In this document: positions 1 to 10,316 of the stretch, piece after piece
How the letters are laid out: each line of letters opens with the position of its first letter
Numbering within the stretch: position 1 is the stretch's first letter
Origin: Takakia lepidozioides
Taxonomy: Eukaryota > Plantae > Bryophyta
Assembly: GCA_030704615.1 (NCBI GenBank)
Contig: CM060732.1
Coordinates: forward strand, 5,456,001 to 5,520,000
Length of the DNA stretch: 64,000 nt
Direction of reading: 5' to 3'
The notes under the pieces: model-generated
What the model saw: the letters and a program-made list of their open reading frames with translations, nothing else
What the model was told of the DNA's origin: nothing
The model's database searches: none
Position numbers and translations under genes: made by a program

Positions 1-132
1 TGCTGGCAGAGCGGATAGAGCTCAACATGGTAGAAAACGAGTGGTCATGGTGGATTTGCTAAGGAGACACCACGGGGTAGGTGCTCCTAGCCAACCACTA
101 CCTCAACGTGCTCAAGGCAACAAGGGGCTCAG

Positions 133-1700
133 GTGAAGCTCAGGGAAGGGCAGAGAGGACCTCAGATGCAAGGGTCTCTCCCTTCATTTGCTGGCCAACA
201 ACGGGCGGAGGTGGTGTGTTGGACATGTGGAGACCCCATGTCAAGAAGGATTGCCCAGAGGGAGGCAAAAGGGTCGGCACATGCACAGCCTGCACAGTTG
301 CAGTGTGGGCATTGTGGCAAGCACGGGCATGGAGAGGCCCAGTGTTATGGTTTGCATCCTGAGTTGCGCCCAGGCCAGTTCCAAGGGAACAATGGTGGCC
401 GGGGGCGAGGTGGAGCAGCCCAGAGAGGACGAGGTGGCCAGGCACGAGGTGCAGGCCAAGGGCAAGCTCAACATGGCCAAGGACGCGGAGGTCAGGGTGT
501 TGACCAAGGCATGGCCAACCGGCTTCAGCAGCTAGAGCAGAGGCTCGCTGCCATGGCTACAGCTCAGGTGGTACCGGCTCTAAGGCCGGATGGTCCACCT
601 CCTGCTCCTGAGGGAGGAGATATGGGAGGCATGGGATTCATGTGCGGAGCAGCACTACCACTAGTGCAGGTGGAGTCTGCTGCAGCCGTGACTCGAGGAG
701 CAGCACGAGTTCCTGAGCCACGAGGTGCAGAGGTGGAGTTGGATCCACAGCGTGGGGAGGCAAGCCGTCAGGCTAGGCTTCCTCAGTCATTCACATTGGC
801 GGAGACAGTGTCGACGCCATCCATGGCACCTAGTTCTCGCCCGACTATTACCGAGGCGGAGGTTACTATGCCATTGGGGAGAGCTACACGGGCAACACCA
901 CTACCTAGTGTTGCCAAGGCTACGGCAGCTAGTGTGCTGCTGGGAGCGGCCACATCTGTGTGCCAGGCTCCATTGTTCTCGGCTACCATGATTGCGACGC
1001 CGGGGTAAGACCAGCTGAGGTGTTCAGGCTGGCAGCTACACTCTGTGAGAGTGGGGAGGTTACTTCATCTTCTGTGGAGATAGTGGGAGGTGTAGTGCCG
1101 GAGGGATCCTCGGATTTGAGGGTCAAGACTGCCACGGCGGCGCCATGGCAAGCTGCAGCTGCCAGGTTGATGGAGCTGCCAGCTAGGCCAGCCATTGAGC
1201 GCGCCATGGTGACACCTGGAGTTGTCATGTTAGACAACCAGGATGACATTTTCTGTTTGAGTGGACCGGCAGGCAAGAGGTACCGGCCACTGCGGGTCTT
1301 GTTGGACTCGGGAGCTCAGCCATTGATGTTGGCAGAGCTGCTATTGCAGGGCTCACGGAGGCGGATATGGAGCCTTGTCCTTTCCAGATACAGACGTCTC
1401 TGGGAGGATCGGAGCAGGCTCGGGGCATGACACGGCATGAGTTGGCTATCAGACTACGGCCGGATCACCCTACAGATGGCTCAGTGATGCGAGCCAAGGC
1501 CATTGTGACAGACGCAGTCTCGTACGATGTCCTGGTTGGTGGGGCAGTGTTGTACCCCATGGGCTTCACCCTGGATTTTTGGGAGGAGTCAGCTTCCTAT
1601 AGGCCTGATGGCAGTCAGGGGAGGGCCGGTGCAGCTCCCTGTGACATTCATAGGAGGAGTTGCGGTTGCCCAGCGAGGCAAGATGCCGACACTAGCAGCA
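133..1700 (+). pseudogene. Gag (CCHC zinc knuckles) and aspartic protease region, frameshifted
   Basis: ORFs 133..1008, 960..1430, 1367..1738; CGHCGKHGHGEAQC; RVLLDSGAQPLM; YDVLVGGAVL..MGFTLDFW (protease C-terminal half). Confidence 0.85.
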
Positions 1701-1974
1701 TTCACAGCTGCAGTGAGTTGGCCTGGAGAGTTGCTTGAGGGCAATGCTCATTCAGAGGATGTGTCCACCTCCGGGAGAGCAGGATGACATGTGGTATGGC
1801 GGAGTTGCCTACCATGGTTGCTCAGACTCCATTGTGGGGCACGAGCAAGGATTTGCAGCGGGATGCTGATTGACGGGTGCAACAAGCCTGGGTGAGGCTT
1901 TTGTACCGTCAGGAGAGGAGGAGAGTGCGGGGATTGCACCAGGACCACCTCAGTTGTCTCCATTGGACACCACA

Positions 1975-2965
1975 CCTATTGTGTGGCAGTATCCGGATGA
2001 AGGCATTTGTCTTCTGGACTTGTTTGGCGGGATCAGCACCGGATTGGCTGCTGTGTTACAGGCAGGTGTACGTTCGGCGTTACCTGTATGTGGAGAGGGA
2101 TGAGACTGCACGACGCGTTTCACTTCGCCATGTTGCTCAGTTTGGTGCAGCGTACCCTGAGTTGTTGTCGGTGTCTGCAATTCGTGGATATCAGCAGGCC
2201 TTGCCAGCAGACATTTCGTTGCTGGGGGCGCAGGATTTGGAGGGGGTTGTTGATCTGGTAGTGGCAGGTTGGCCCTGCCAAGGGCATTCATCAGCCGGCA
2301 TGGCAATGGATTGCGAGACTCGAGGTCGGTTTGTTTTGGGAGATGGTGCGGGTTTTGCGCCACTTGCAGCTTCATCAAGCTGTATCTCCAGCATACATCT
2401 TGGAGAATGTGCCACTGATGGGCGATTCTCGGGCCAGGGTGATGGCCAGTGTGCATCAAGTCGGTCGTGGCTTGGGTCAGCAGTGTTGCTGGATGCAGCT
2501 GCAGTGGGGTCACGGCTCATCGTCCACGGCTATGGTGGACTAACTTGATGTCCACCGCACTGCTCAAGCGTGCATTTGATGGGGTGCAGCGGCCAGCACA
2601 CTCACAGTGGATAGCATTTTGGACACAGGGAGGCAGTCTCAGCGTGTGAGACACGATGACCGTTCGCCTTTGGCAGTGGTCAACAAGGTGGGTCAACCAC
2701 GAGCAGCATTACCTACACTGCTCAGCTTCCCAGGATCGCATGCTTTCCGGGATAGTGGACCTGGCCTCCTGTGGGATGCTCAGTTGCAGCAGTTAGTGGA
2801 GCCTAATGCTGACGAGCGTGAGCGGGCAATGGGTTTTACCACTGGTACACACGGCGGTGTCGTCTCTTTCTGAGGCATCACGTCGTCAAGTGTTGGGGCA
2901 AGCAATGGATCTCAATTGCTTGACCTGGATTATCAGCTTGGCTCTGGCTGAGCAACGCAGAGTGC
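1975..2965 (+). pseudogene. DNMT3-like DNA cytosine-5 methyltransferase domain inside the retrotransposon pol, several frameshifts
   Basis: Motifs in canonical order: I LLDLFGGISTG (2011), II RRYLYVERDE, IV DLVVAGWPCQGHS (PC at 2273-2278), VI YILENV (2403), VIII LLDAAAVGS-(A)HRPRLWWTNL (~2520), IX ERERAMGF, X RRQVLGQAM (~2881). Confidence 0.92.
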
Positions 2966-3329
2966 GGAGTACACTTCCCTCATGGTCTCTCTGCCTACCG
3001 AGACGGTACAGGCAGTGAGTGGGGGCGAGCATGTGAGGACCACGGGTGTGGCATCCATGGCACACGTGGGAGGTGCTCGAGGTTCAGAGGGAGTTGGCAG
3101 CCAAGGGCGTGATGGATGAGGTTGGGGATTTTCTCGGGTTGAGGAGTCCTCAAGGATGAGATGATGGGGCAGGATGAGGCCTTGTCATTGACTGAGCAGG
3201 TAGGGAGTACTGCTCAAGAGGTTGCAACATAGCAACCACGGGACGCGTCCTCTACCTCTAAGCCCACTGGACTTAAGGTTGCAGTTACGGAGGAATTGGG
3301 AGCCTGACATTGGACCCATTGTCACCGGA

Positions 3330-4760
3330 GGAGAGAGACGACGTATACGGCGGTTCCTGAGGGCTTACAGGAATTGCTTTGCCTTCAGTTTGAAGGACTT
3401 GGGAGCACTGAAGGGTCAAGAGATCCGTATTGAGTTGGCCACTGACACCCCAATCTTTCGGAGACCCTATAGATACAGTGACATGGAGAGGTCTTTGATT
3501 CAGATGAGGACTCAAGATCTCTGGGAGGCAGGTTTGGTGGAGCTCTCTGGGGAGAGTATGCTTCAGCCAGTGATGCCAGCCAAGAAGGATGTCTATGGCA
3601 ATTGGACGGAGAGACGTATGTGCGGTGATTACCGGCCTGTAAATCGTCAGACCAAGTCCGATAAGTATGCCATGCCAACACCAGAGGAGATCTTTGATGC
3701 CATCGGGCATGCTAAGGCTTTAGCACTTTTGGATTTACGATCCGGATATCACCAGTTGCCGATCAAGGAGGCGGACAAGCAGAAGACGACATTCTGGGGG
3801 ATCAATGAGCACGGCAAGGATTGCCTATATCAGTGGCGGTTCTTACCATTTGGGCTTAAGAATGCTCCTGCAGAGTTTCAGAGAGTCATGGATAGGATTC
3901 TAGCAGGGGTGGACTTTGCTCGGTGCTACATAGATGACATCATCATCTTTAGTGTACGATGGAGGAGCATGAGAGACACCTTCAGGGTGTTTTGGAGCGC
4001 TTGAGAGCGCACGGATTGAAGTTGCATCCAGGGAAGTGCAAGTTTTTCCACAACCAGATTGAGTATCTGGGTCACATGATATATCCTGGAGGATTGGGGG
4101 TACAGCAGACTAAGGTAGAGGCCATTGCACAAATTCCACGCCCCACGGATGTGAGCCGAGTTCGAGCTTTCATGGGGTTGGCAAACTATTATAGACGGTT
4201 TGTCAAGGGATTTAGTACCATTGCAAAGGCTCTAACCAAGCTGACCAAGGTGGACCAGGAGTGGCAGTGGGAAGATGAGCAGGAACGAGCTTTTCAAGAG
4301 CTCAAGGCGAGGTTGACCTCGGCGCCTATCTTGAGACGACCTATCAGGGGGCGTCCCTTTCAGCTGCATACGGATTGGAGCATGCTGGGGCTTGGAGCGG
4401 TGCTCACACAGGTGGATGATGAGGAAAGAGAGTTCGTAGTGGCTTATGCTAGCCACTCGAACAACGCTGCAGAGGCTAAGTACAGCTCATATGAGGGAGA
4501 GTGCTTAGCTGCAGTGGGGCCGTGGCACACTTCAGGTGCTATCTATACGGCAATCTTTCACCCTTGTCACGGATCACCAGCCACTCAAGTGGTTGATGGA
4601 GTCAGACAAGCTTACGGGGAAGCTTGCACGGTGGGCACTCATACTCCAGGAGTATGACTTTCAGGTTGTGCATCGACCGGGTTTGGTCAATCGGGATGCG
4701 GATGGATTGAGTCGCAATCCATGCACGAGCCAGCAGGATGACACTGGAGCTCGTGGCATG
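3330..4760 (+). pseudogene. Reverse transcriptase and RNase H
   Basis: ORFs 3222..4004, 3959..4657, 4536..4856: RMCGDYRPVN, LDLRSGYHQL, PFGLKNAPAEFQ, CYIDDII, YLGH, FMGLANYYRRFV, LARWALILQEYDF. Confidence 0.95.
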
Positions 4761-4899
4761 GTGAGACGGATGAGGAGATGGTGCCGGGATGGCACGCATC
4801 TGCATTTTTGTGTATCTTGGCATCGGGAGGTCAGGTTGGACCTACAACAGGGATGACTGTAGCGGAGTGTCTGAGGACCCTGAGGCTAGTGATGAGCGG

Positions 4900-6150
4900 T
4901 GGTGCCAGAGATATACATGAGGATTCGGCTGTGTTGGACTACCTCCGCACGGGAGACACGGCAGCCATTGACTGCCAGGAGAGGGATCGGATCCTAAACG
5001 AGCCAAGAGGTTCAAGTGGGAGGGGATACACCTGCTTCGAGTGTGGGAGGATGGTCGGGTGAGGATTGTGCCTCACCCACACAGCATGCACGGTTAGTGC
5101 GGCATGCCCATGAGGAGTTGGGGCATTTTGGAGTGCGACGCACTCACAGTTTACTGCAGGGGCAGTATTGGTGGCGTGGTATGCATACAGAGGTGCAACA
5201 TTCGTGGCTAGGTGCATGGTGTGTGACAGGGTGCGTGCTTCATTCAACGCCCCTACACCACAGTTGCATCCTTTACCAATCATGGGATTGGGCTACAGGT
5301 GGAGTCTTACTTCGCAGGACCGTTGCCACTGACTATGCGCCACCACAGATATGTGTTGGTGATGGTGGAGCACTTCTCCAAGTGGATTGAGTTGGTTCCA
5401 TTGCCTGACAAGGCTAGTGAGGGGGTTGCGTATGCATTCTTGGATCGTGTGCTTAGCCGATTCGGTGCTCCAGCTGAGGTACTCACGGACCAAGGGAGAG
5501 AGTTCTTGGGGGAGTTTCAGGCTTTGTGTGATAAAGCCTTGATAGACCACCGCACCACTTCTCGGGATCATCCTGAGGCCGATGGCTTGGCAAGAGAGTT
5601 GTTCAACGGTGAAGAGGGGTTTGCGCAAGTATGGCTTGCAGAAGGGACACCTAGGAGATTGGGATCTTCAGGTTCCTTGGTTAGCCATGGGCTACAGGTT
5701 CAGCAAACAAGCATCACTTGCCTCCTTCTCACCATATTTCCTTCTCTTTGGCCGAGAGCCGGATTTGCCTGCAGCCATTCGTAGGGACACTGCTCAAGTC
5801 CTTAACCTTGACGATCCGACGTGTGGGTATGTGCATGTGATCAGCGTGCAGAGTTGTTCAGAAAGTCATGCCCATGGCTTTTGAGAACCTTGCCATTGCA
5901 CAGCACCGTGATACGTTGAGGTATGCCACTATACGTGGTGGAGGATATCGTCCTGGGTTCGGAGGTTTAGCCTTGGTGACTATGTTTATTTGCAGCAGAC
6001 TGCTCCTACAACCCTGGATGTCACTGTAGGGTGTGTTATTCTGAGGGTTCGAGAGGTGTTGCCCTCAGGAGTCCTGATCTTGGAGGGTCGGGATGGCATG
6101 ACTTGGAAGACCATGTGCGTAATTGTGCGCCATGTCACCTTCCCAATGTT
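4900..6150 (+). pseudogene. Integrase (HHCC Zn finger and DDE core), frameshifted
   Basis: HAHEELGHFGVRRT..YWWRGM..CMVCDR; FAGPLP..VMVEHFSKWIELVPL; RFGAPAEVLTDQGREF; HPEADGLA; FSPYFLLFGREP. Confidence 0.92.
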
Positions 6151-6194
6151 GATGGCAGAGTTGACCCAACTTGGCAGTGGTACCTGCAGTTTGA

Positions 6195-6330
6195 GGTGCA
6201 TGCTTTGTGGGTCTGCCAAAGGGGCAGCCACCATGCTGGTGTGTGATCGATGCTCAAGAGGTTGATATGGGATGCTTGACACCACCTCTTGAGAGGGTTC
6301 CTGATGGAGATGGTTATGTCCACACTGCTT
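6195..6330 (+). pseudogene. PHD finger at the C-terminus of the pol polyprotein
   Basis: CMLC..ATMLVCDRCSRG*, then after indels MGCL..PLERVPDG..LCPHC: C4-(H)-C3 spacing of a PHD finger; TGA where W is expected and the His codon is disrupted. Confidence 0.85.
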
Positions 6331-7500
6331 GGGTAGTGGCAGTGGACATGACTAGAGGCAGCTAACAAGACATGGAGGCCAAGCTCATAGGAGTCAATAC
6401 ACGAGATCCAGGCTCAAGTTCACAGGTTGCAAGACGACGACTAACGATGGGGCAACTCTTGCACCGGCTCTTGATCTATCGAGTTTGAGTGTAGTAGGGA
6501 TAGTGGGAGGACTTAGTGAGGCTACGGTCACTATCACATCTTGTGGCTACCTGGACTTAGAGGGACCTAAGCACTGCTAGGGGCGATTGTGGTGGACTAG
6601 TGACTGGGTTCTTCTCTGGCCAAAGACTTCATCCTCCAACATTGTTTGCGGTGGGACCGTTAGGGTGAGGCAGACACTTGGCATATAGATATCATTCATC
6701 TCAACCCGCCACAATGGTATAACACGGCAGTGATATGTGTCTTGCCAGGCACACCAGTGACATTCCACTAGCAGCCCTGTGTCGTGGTAATGATCATACA
6801 GGCTGATTTTGTCTTCAACTTAAACGCATACAGCACCCACCATAAACCTACATTAATGAACCCATGAAGACTTACATGTACATTGAAAACTAGATAAGAG
6901 TACTTTTGGTAGCATAAGTGTCGTGCGCTGTAGTGTGAATGCAGGGGAGTGACATTGATTTTGTTTGGCATCAGGATTCGACATTGCTACAAAGGGATGC
7001 CCTGGTACTAATTTATCCATGCCTAGGTACCATGGGCACCCTTGGGGGGCTGCTATTTCATGAGCCATGAGCCATGATGAGCCATGAGCAGAGTCGTAAG
7101 TGTGGAAAAAAACATGAGCAGCACTATTTTTCGGAAATGAGTGTCCGCGGGAATAGGGTTTAGGGTGCCACGGTCATAGGGGGAGAAGGACCTCCCGATG
7201 AAGGAGGTTCGGCAATGTTATTTAGAATTATATATTGAAAGGCAATGTTTCGCGAATGGTAGGGTGGTACTGCTCTGTACAATGGGGGCCCATTTCAGCC
7301 TACCAGCCACTTGCAAAACCACCCACACTCCCAATCCCAAACGAAATGAGCAATGACGCATTCTCGGAACGATGGACACAGAATAGAATAAAAAGAGGGC
7401 ACAATGAGGTTTTTATTGATCCACATGAATTGCATTTGAAGCACGTCTACTGTGCTGATTGTGCAATCAAATCTTTAGCCCTGTGCCTACTGAATACAAG

Positions 7501-8330
7501 TCACGTTGTCAATGGGACTTCGACTGCTCTCAGAACTAGCTCATGAGTCATGGGGCTCCTCCATGTAAAGTCGATTGCAGCCGTTGTACCGCCCCTAGTG
7601 ATGTTCACCACAATGTCCTGCCCTTCAATCATACCACCATCGAATATGGAAATCTTCACGTTTTCGTCGTCCACACCAATGCGAATGTCCCCATACAATG
7701 GAGAAGAGGAGCGCACTCCTTCAGGAGAATAGGTCTCTCCGATGGAGTCCACCCACGTCCAGTGGCAGCAGTTCCACCGCAACAGCATAGCAGTGCGCCT
7801 TCTTCTGCATGGGTGACCGTCGTAGCTGGGAAAATCGGAATCGAGGATGCGCAGGAGCCACGGACTCCTCAGACCAAGATCGTCACCCCCGCTCGAAGGC
7901 GTAGTGGCCTAGGATATACTCAAAGCCACCAATGTTTCCACAATCGAACCAGTATCTTCTCTGTAATCTGTGTACCAGATAACAATGTCTCCCGATGTGG
8001 CCGAATACATTGCATAATCGATGCCTCCAAATGGGCAGTCGTCCCGGTTCCGGAAGCACGGCATCCTTGCAAAGGAGGACCTGAGGACGACTTGGATGCC
8101 GATGACCTTGCGGACAGCTACGAAGCCCTTAGATTTTGGAAATGATGCGAAGCGGAAGAGCAGTCCGGCCTCCAATAATGGAGCATCTGGGTCCCACGTA
8201 CCCACCGACGGAGGTGGAACGTGTTCATCACGCCAGCGGTGGATGAACCCATACATCTTTCTCATCAAAAGTTATAGTTTGAGATCTGCCACCGAAGTCC
8301 ATCCCCCGGATGGAAATTCGGCGCCGCATT
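7501..8330 (-). pseudogene. Unknown element-borne protein, paralogue A (one in-frame TAG at 7909-7911; start uncertain)
   Basis: ORFs 7909..8268 and 7501..7788 share a frame; co-linear similarity to paralogue B (DCP..DYAM...SGDI.W; PW.L.I.D.D.PS; RWNCC.WT; YGDIR; DGG.I.G.DIVV; ELVLR..EVP). Confidence 0.7.
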
Positions 8331-8439
8331 TACATCGAAGAGGGATGGACTTCGTCGTGTCCAGTGGCTATCGGCCCACCTGGCAGTGACTGCCCATAGT
8401 TTGCATGGCAGGGTAGGAAACTGAAACGGCTACATTCAT

Positions 8440-9181
8440 GCAGCAGCCAATCTTCATCGGTCCAGGATCCTGTAGGGGGGAAATTTAAATGTGCCCTGGA
8501 GTGTTTGTGAGGAATTGCAGCGTTAGCTTGAACTTTTTCCACCACGCTGCTCCTCCTCCATCCGGGAGCTGCTGTCATTGAGCGTACTCCGCTACTCTTT
8601 TTCAAGGATGCGTGCCGCCGAAATCCAGCCGACTGCCCTTATCATGGCCACGATTATGCTATGTTCAAACCAGAATCAGGAGACATCATTGTCTGGCTCT
8701 CTGTTTTCACAGACGCTGCTGGAATCAAGCAAGAGTCTTTGCGCGCAATGGAGTATCTGGAGGGCTATTACCGCTTTGAGCGAGGTGAGGGCGGGTCAAT
8801 GCGGTCCGTGGGTCCTGAAAATTGTTGACCTCGATATACCAAGCTGGAAAGGGATGCCGGACAGATCACGCACGGCCTCGCTTTGGCGCTGGAACTGCTG
8901 CCAGTGGACCAGGGAGGACGGCACCGGGGAAAACTATATACGTGCAGATCACTCCGCTCTTCCAGTGTATGGAGACATTCGGCTGAGTTGCGAAGACGAA
9001 TCGCACGGGCACATGAGGCCCACAGTGACCTTGTCAATGTATGATGGTGGTATCATTGATGGACATGACATTGTCGTCGGCTCCAGCAGGGCAGAGAACG
9101 ACCGAATTGCAGTTTACCTCGAGGTGCCGCAGCAGTGATGAGCTTGTTTTGAGGGGTATCGAAGTTCCGTCGACTTGGTGA
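8440..9181 (+). pseudogene. Unknown element-borne protein, paralogue B (frameshifted; start uncertain)
   Basis: Frame segments CRRNPADCPYHGHDYAMFKPESGDIIVW, GPWVLKIVDLDIPSW..RWNCCQWT..YGDIRL..YDGGIIDGHDIVV, DELVLRGIEVPSTW* match paralogue A. Confidence 0.7.
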
Positions 9182-9434
9182 AGCCCATGTAGAAGGAGGA
9201 AGGGCTTAGTTTTGTCTGCAGTTGGTAAATGTGAGACATCGTGTCCGATCAATAAACCCATCGTACCTCACTTCTGTATGATTGTGTTTCATTCTGTTGA
9301 ATAACTGTCGGAATTGGCCCACTGTTTACAATTTGATGTCTCATTTCTACAATGTGTCTGTCCGGATGAATATAGCAGAGTAACCGGTATGTGAGTCATG
9401 TGTCAAGAATATACCAGAGTAACGCCATGTCGGA

Positions 9435-10145
9435 CATTGCGGCCGCATTTCCATGCCGGGAAATCCGCATTTCAGTGTCGGACAATGGAAATGCGGTGCA
9501 TCATTTCCGTCCAGGTACACGAAATACCAACACGGGTCTATAAATTGGACAGACAACGAGGTTGGCATTGCAAATGCGGCGACGCATTTCCAGCTTGGCA
9601 ATGGAAACTTCTTTTTGGACAAGGGAATGCGGTGCCGCATTTCCGTCCAACACTTCGAAAAGTGTGACATTTCCGACCAGCGCGATGGAATGCGTTACCG
9701 CATTTCCGTGAGAGGGTCTGCAAATGGACAAATTGCGATGTCCGTTCTGGAAATGCGGCGCCGCATTTCCATGTCCGTCATCGACTTTTTTTTACAATGG
9801 AATGCGGTGCCAATTTTTGCTGATGGGCCTGCAGTTCGAACAACGACCATCCCCAATATGGAAATGCGGCACCCGCATTTCCAATTCCGCCATCTCGACC
9901 TCCTTGTTCGACCTCTACCTGCGTGGTGGCATCCATGCAATGAGCGGGAGAGGCCAAAACTGGCGTGTGGACAAAGGAAATTTTGGAAATGCGGCACCGC
10001 ATTTCCAATCGGCCGATTACTTTTTACTATGCCAACATTGAAATGGAAAATTTAGTCCCTCCCCTGTTTTTTGGAAATGCGGTGCCGCATTTCCAAAAGA
10101 GGTTCTTAGAGTTGCCAAAATTTTGGAAATGCGGTGCCCCATTTC
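9435..10145. repeat. Cluster of about 11 palindromes GGAAATGCGGYRCCGCATTTCC, irregular spacing
   Basis: Copies near 9486, 9570, 9623, 9687, 9750, 9860, 9985, 10073, 10124, plus degenerate ones. Confidence 0.9.
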
Positions 10146-10316
10146 TGATTTTGGGAGCGTCGTGGTTTGGGCGATTGTGTGGCTGGAATGCACACTGGAG
10201 AGGGGTCACGAATGTCGGGAGAATTTCCTTTATATACTCTGGAAGAGAATTTACATTTACAGAGACTTCATTAAAATTCTATTAATCTTGAAAATCATCC
10301 GAATCCTCATCCTGTT

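Larger units (their letters stand above)
1..7052 (+). mobile_element. Ty3/Gypsy LTR retrotransposon (5' part outside window), frameshifted; order gag-PR-DNMT-RT-RNaseH-INT-PHD
   Basis: Zn knuckles CWTCGDP(H)VKKDC and CGHCGKHGHGEAQC; protease LLDSGA (~1297); RT LDLRSGYHQ..LPFGLKNAP..YIDD; RNase H LHTDWS..YSSYEGECLA..VTDHQPL; integrase HAHEELGHFG..C..C, VLTDQGREF; G-rich PPT-like CTTGGGGGGC then TG at 7041-7052. RT-RH-INT order is Ty3/Gypsy. Confidence 0.95.

Noticed and set aside
1-45. LTR end plus PBS at CTCAACA|TGGTAG
   Set aside because: Does not match TGGTATCAGAGC and reads as plausible gag coding sequence (LAERIELNMVE)
1975-2965. Host DRM, CMT or MET1 gene, or bacterial contamination
   Set aside because: Intronless, unpermuted motif order, no BAH, chromo or UBA domains, and co-oriented between retroviral protease and RT
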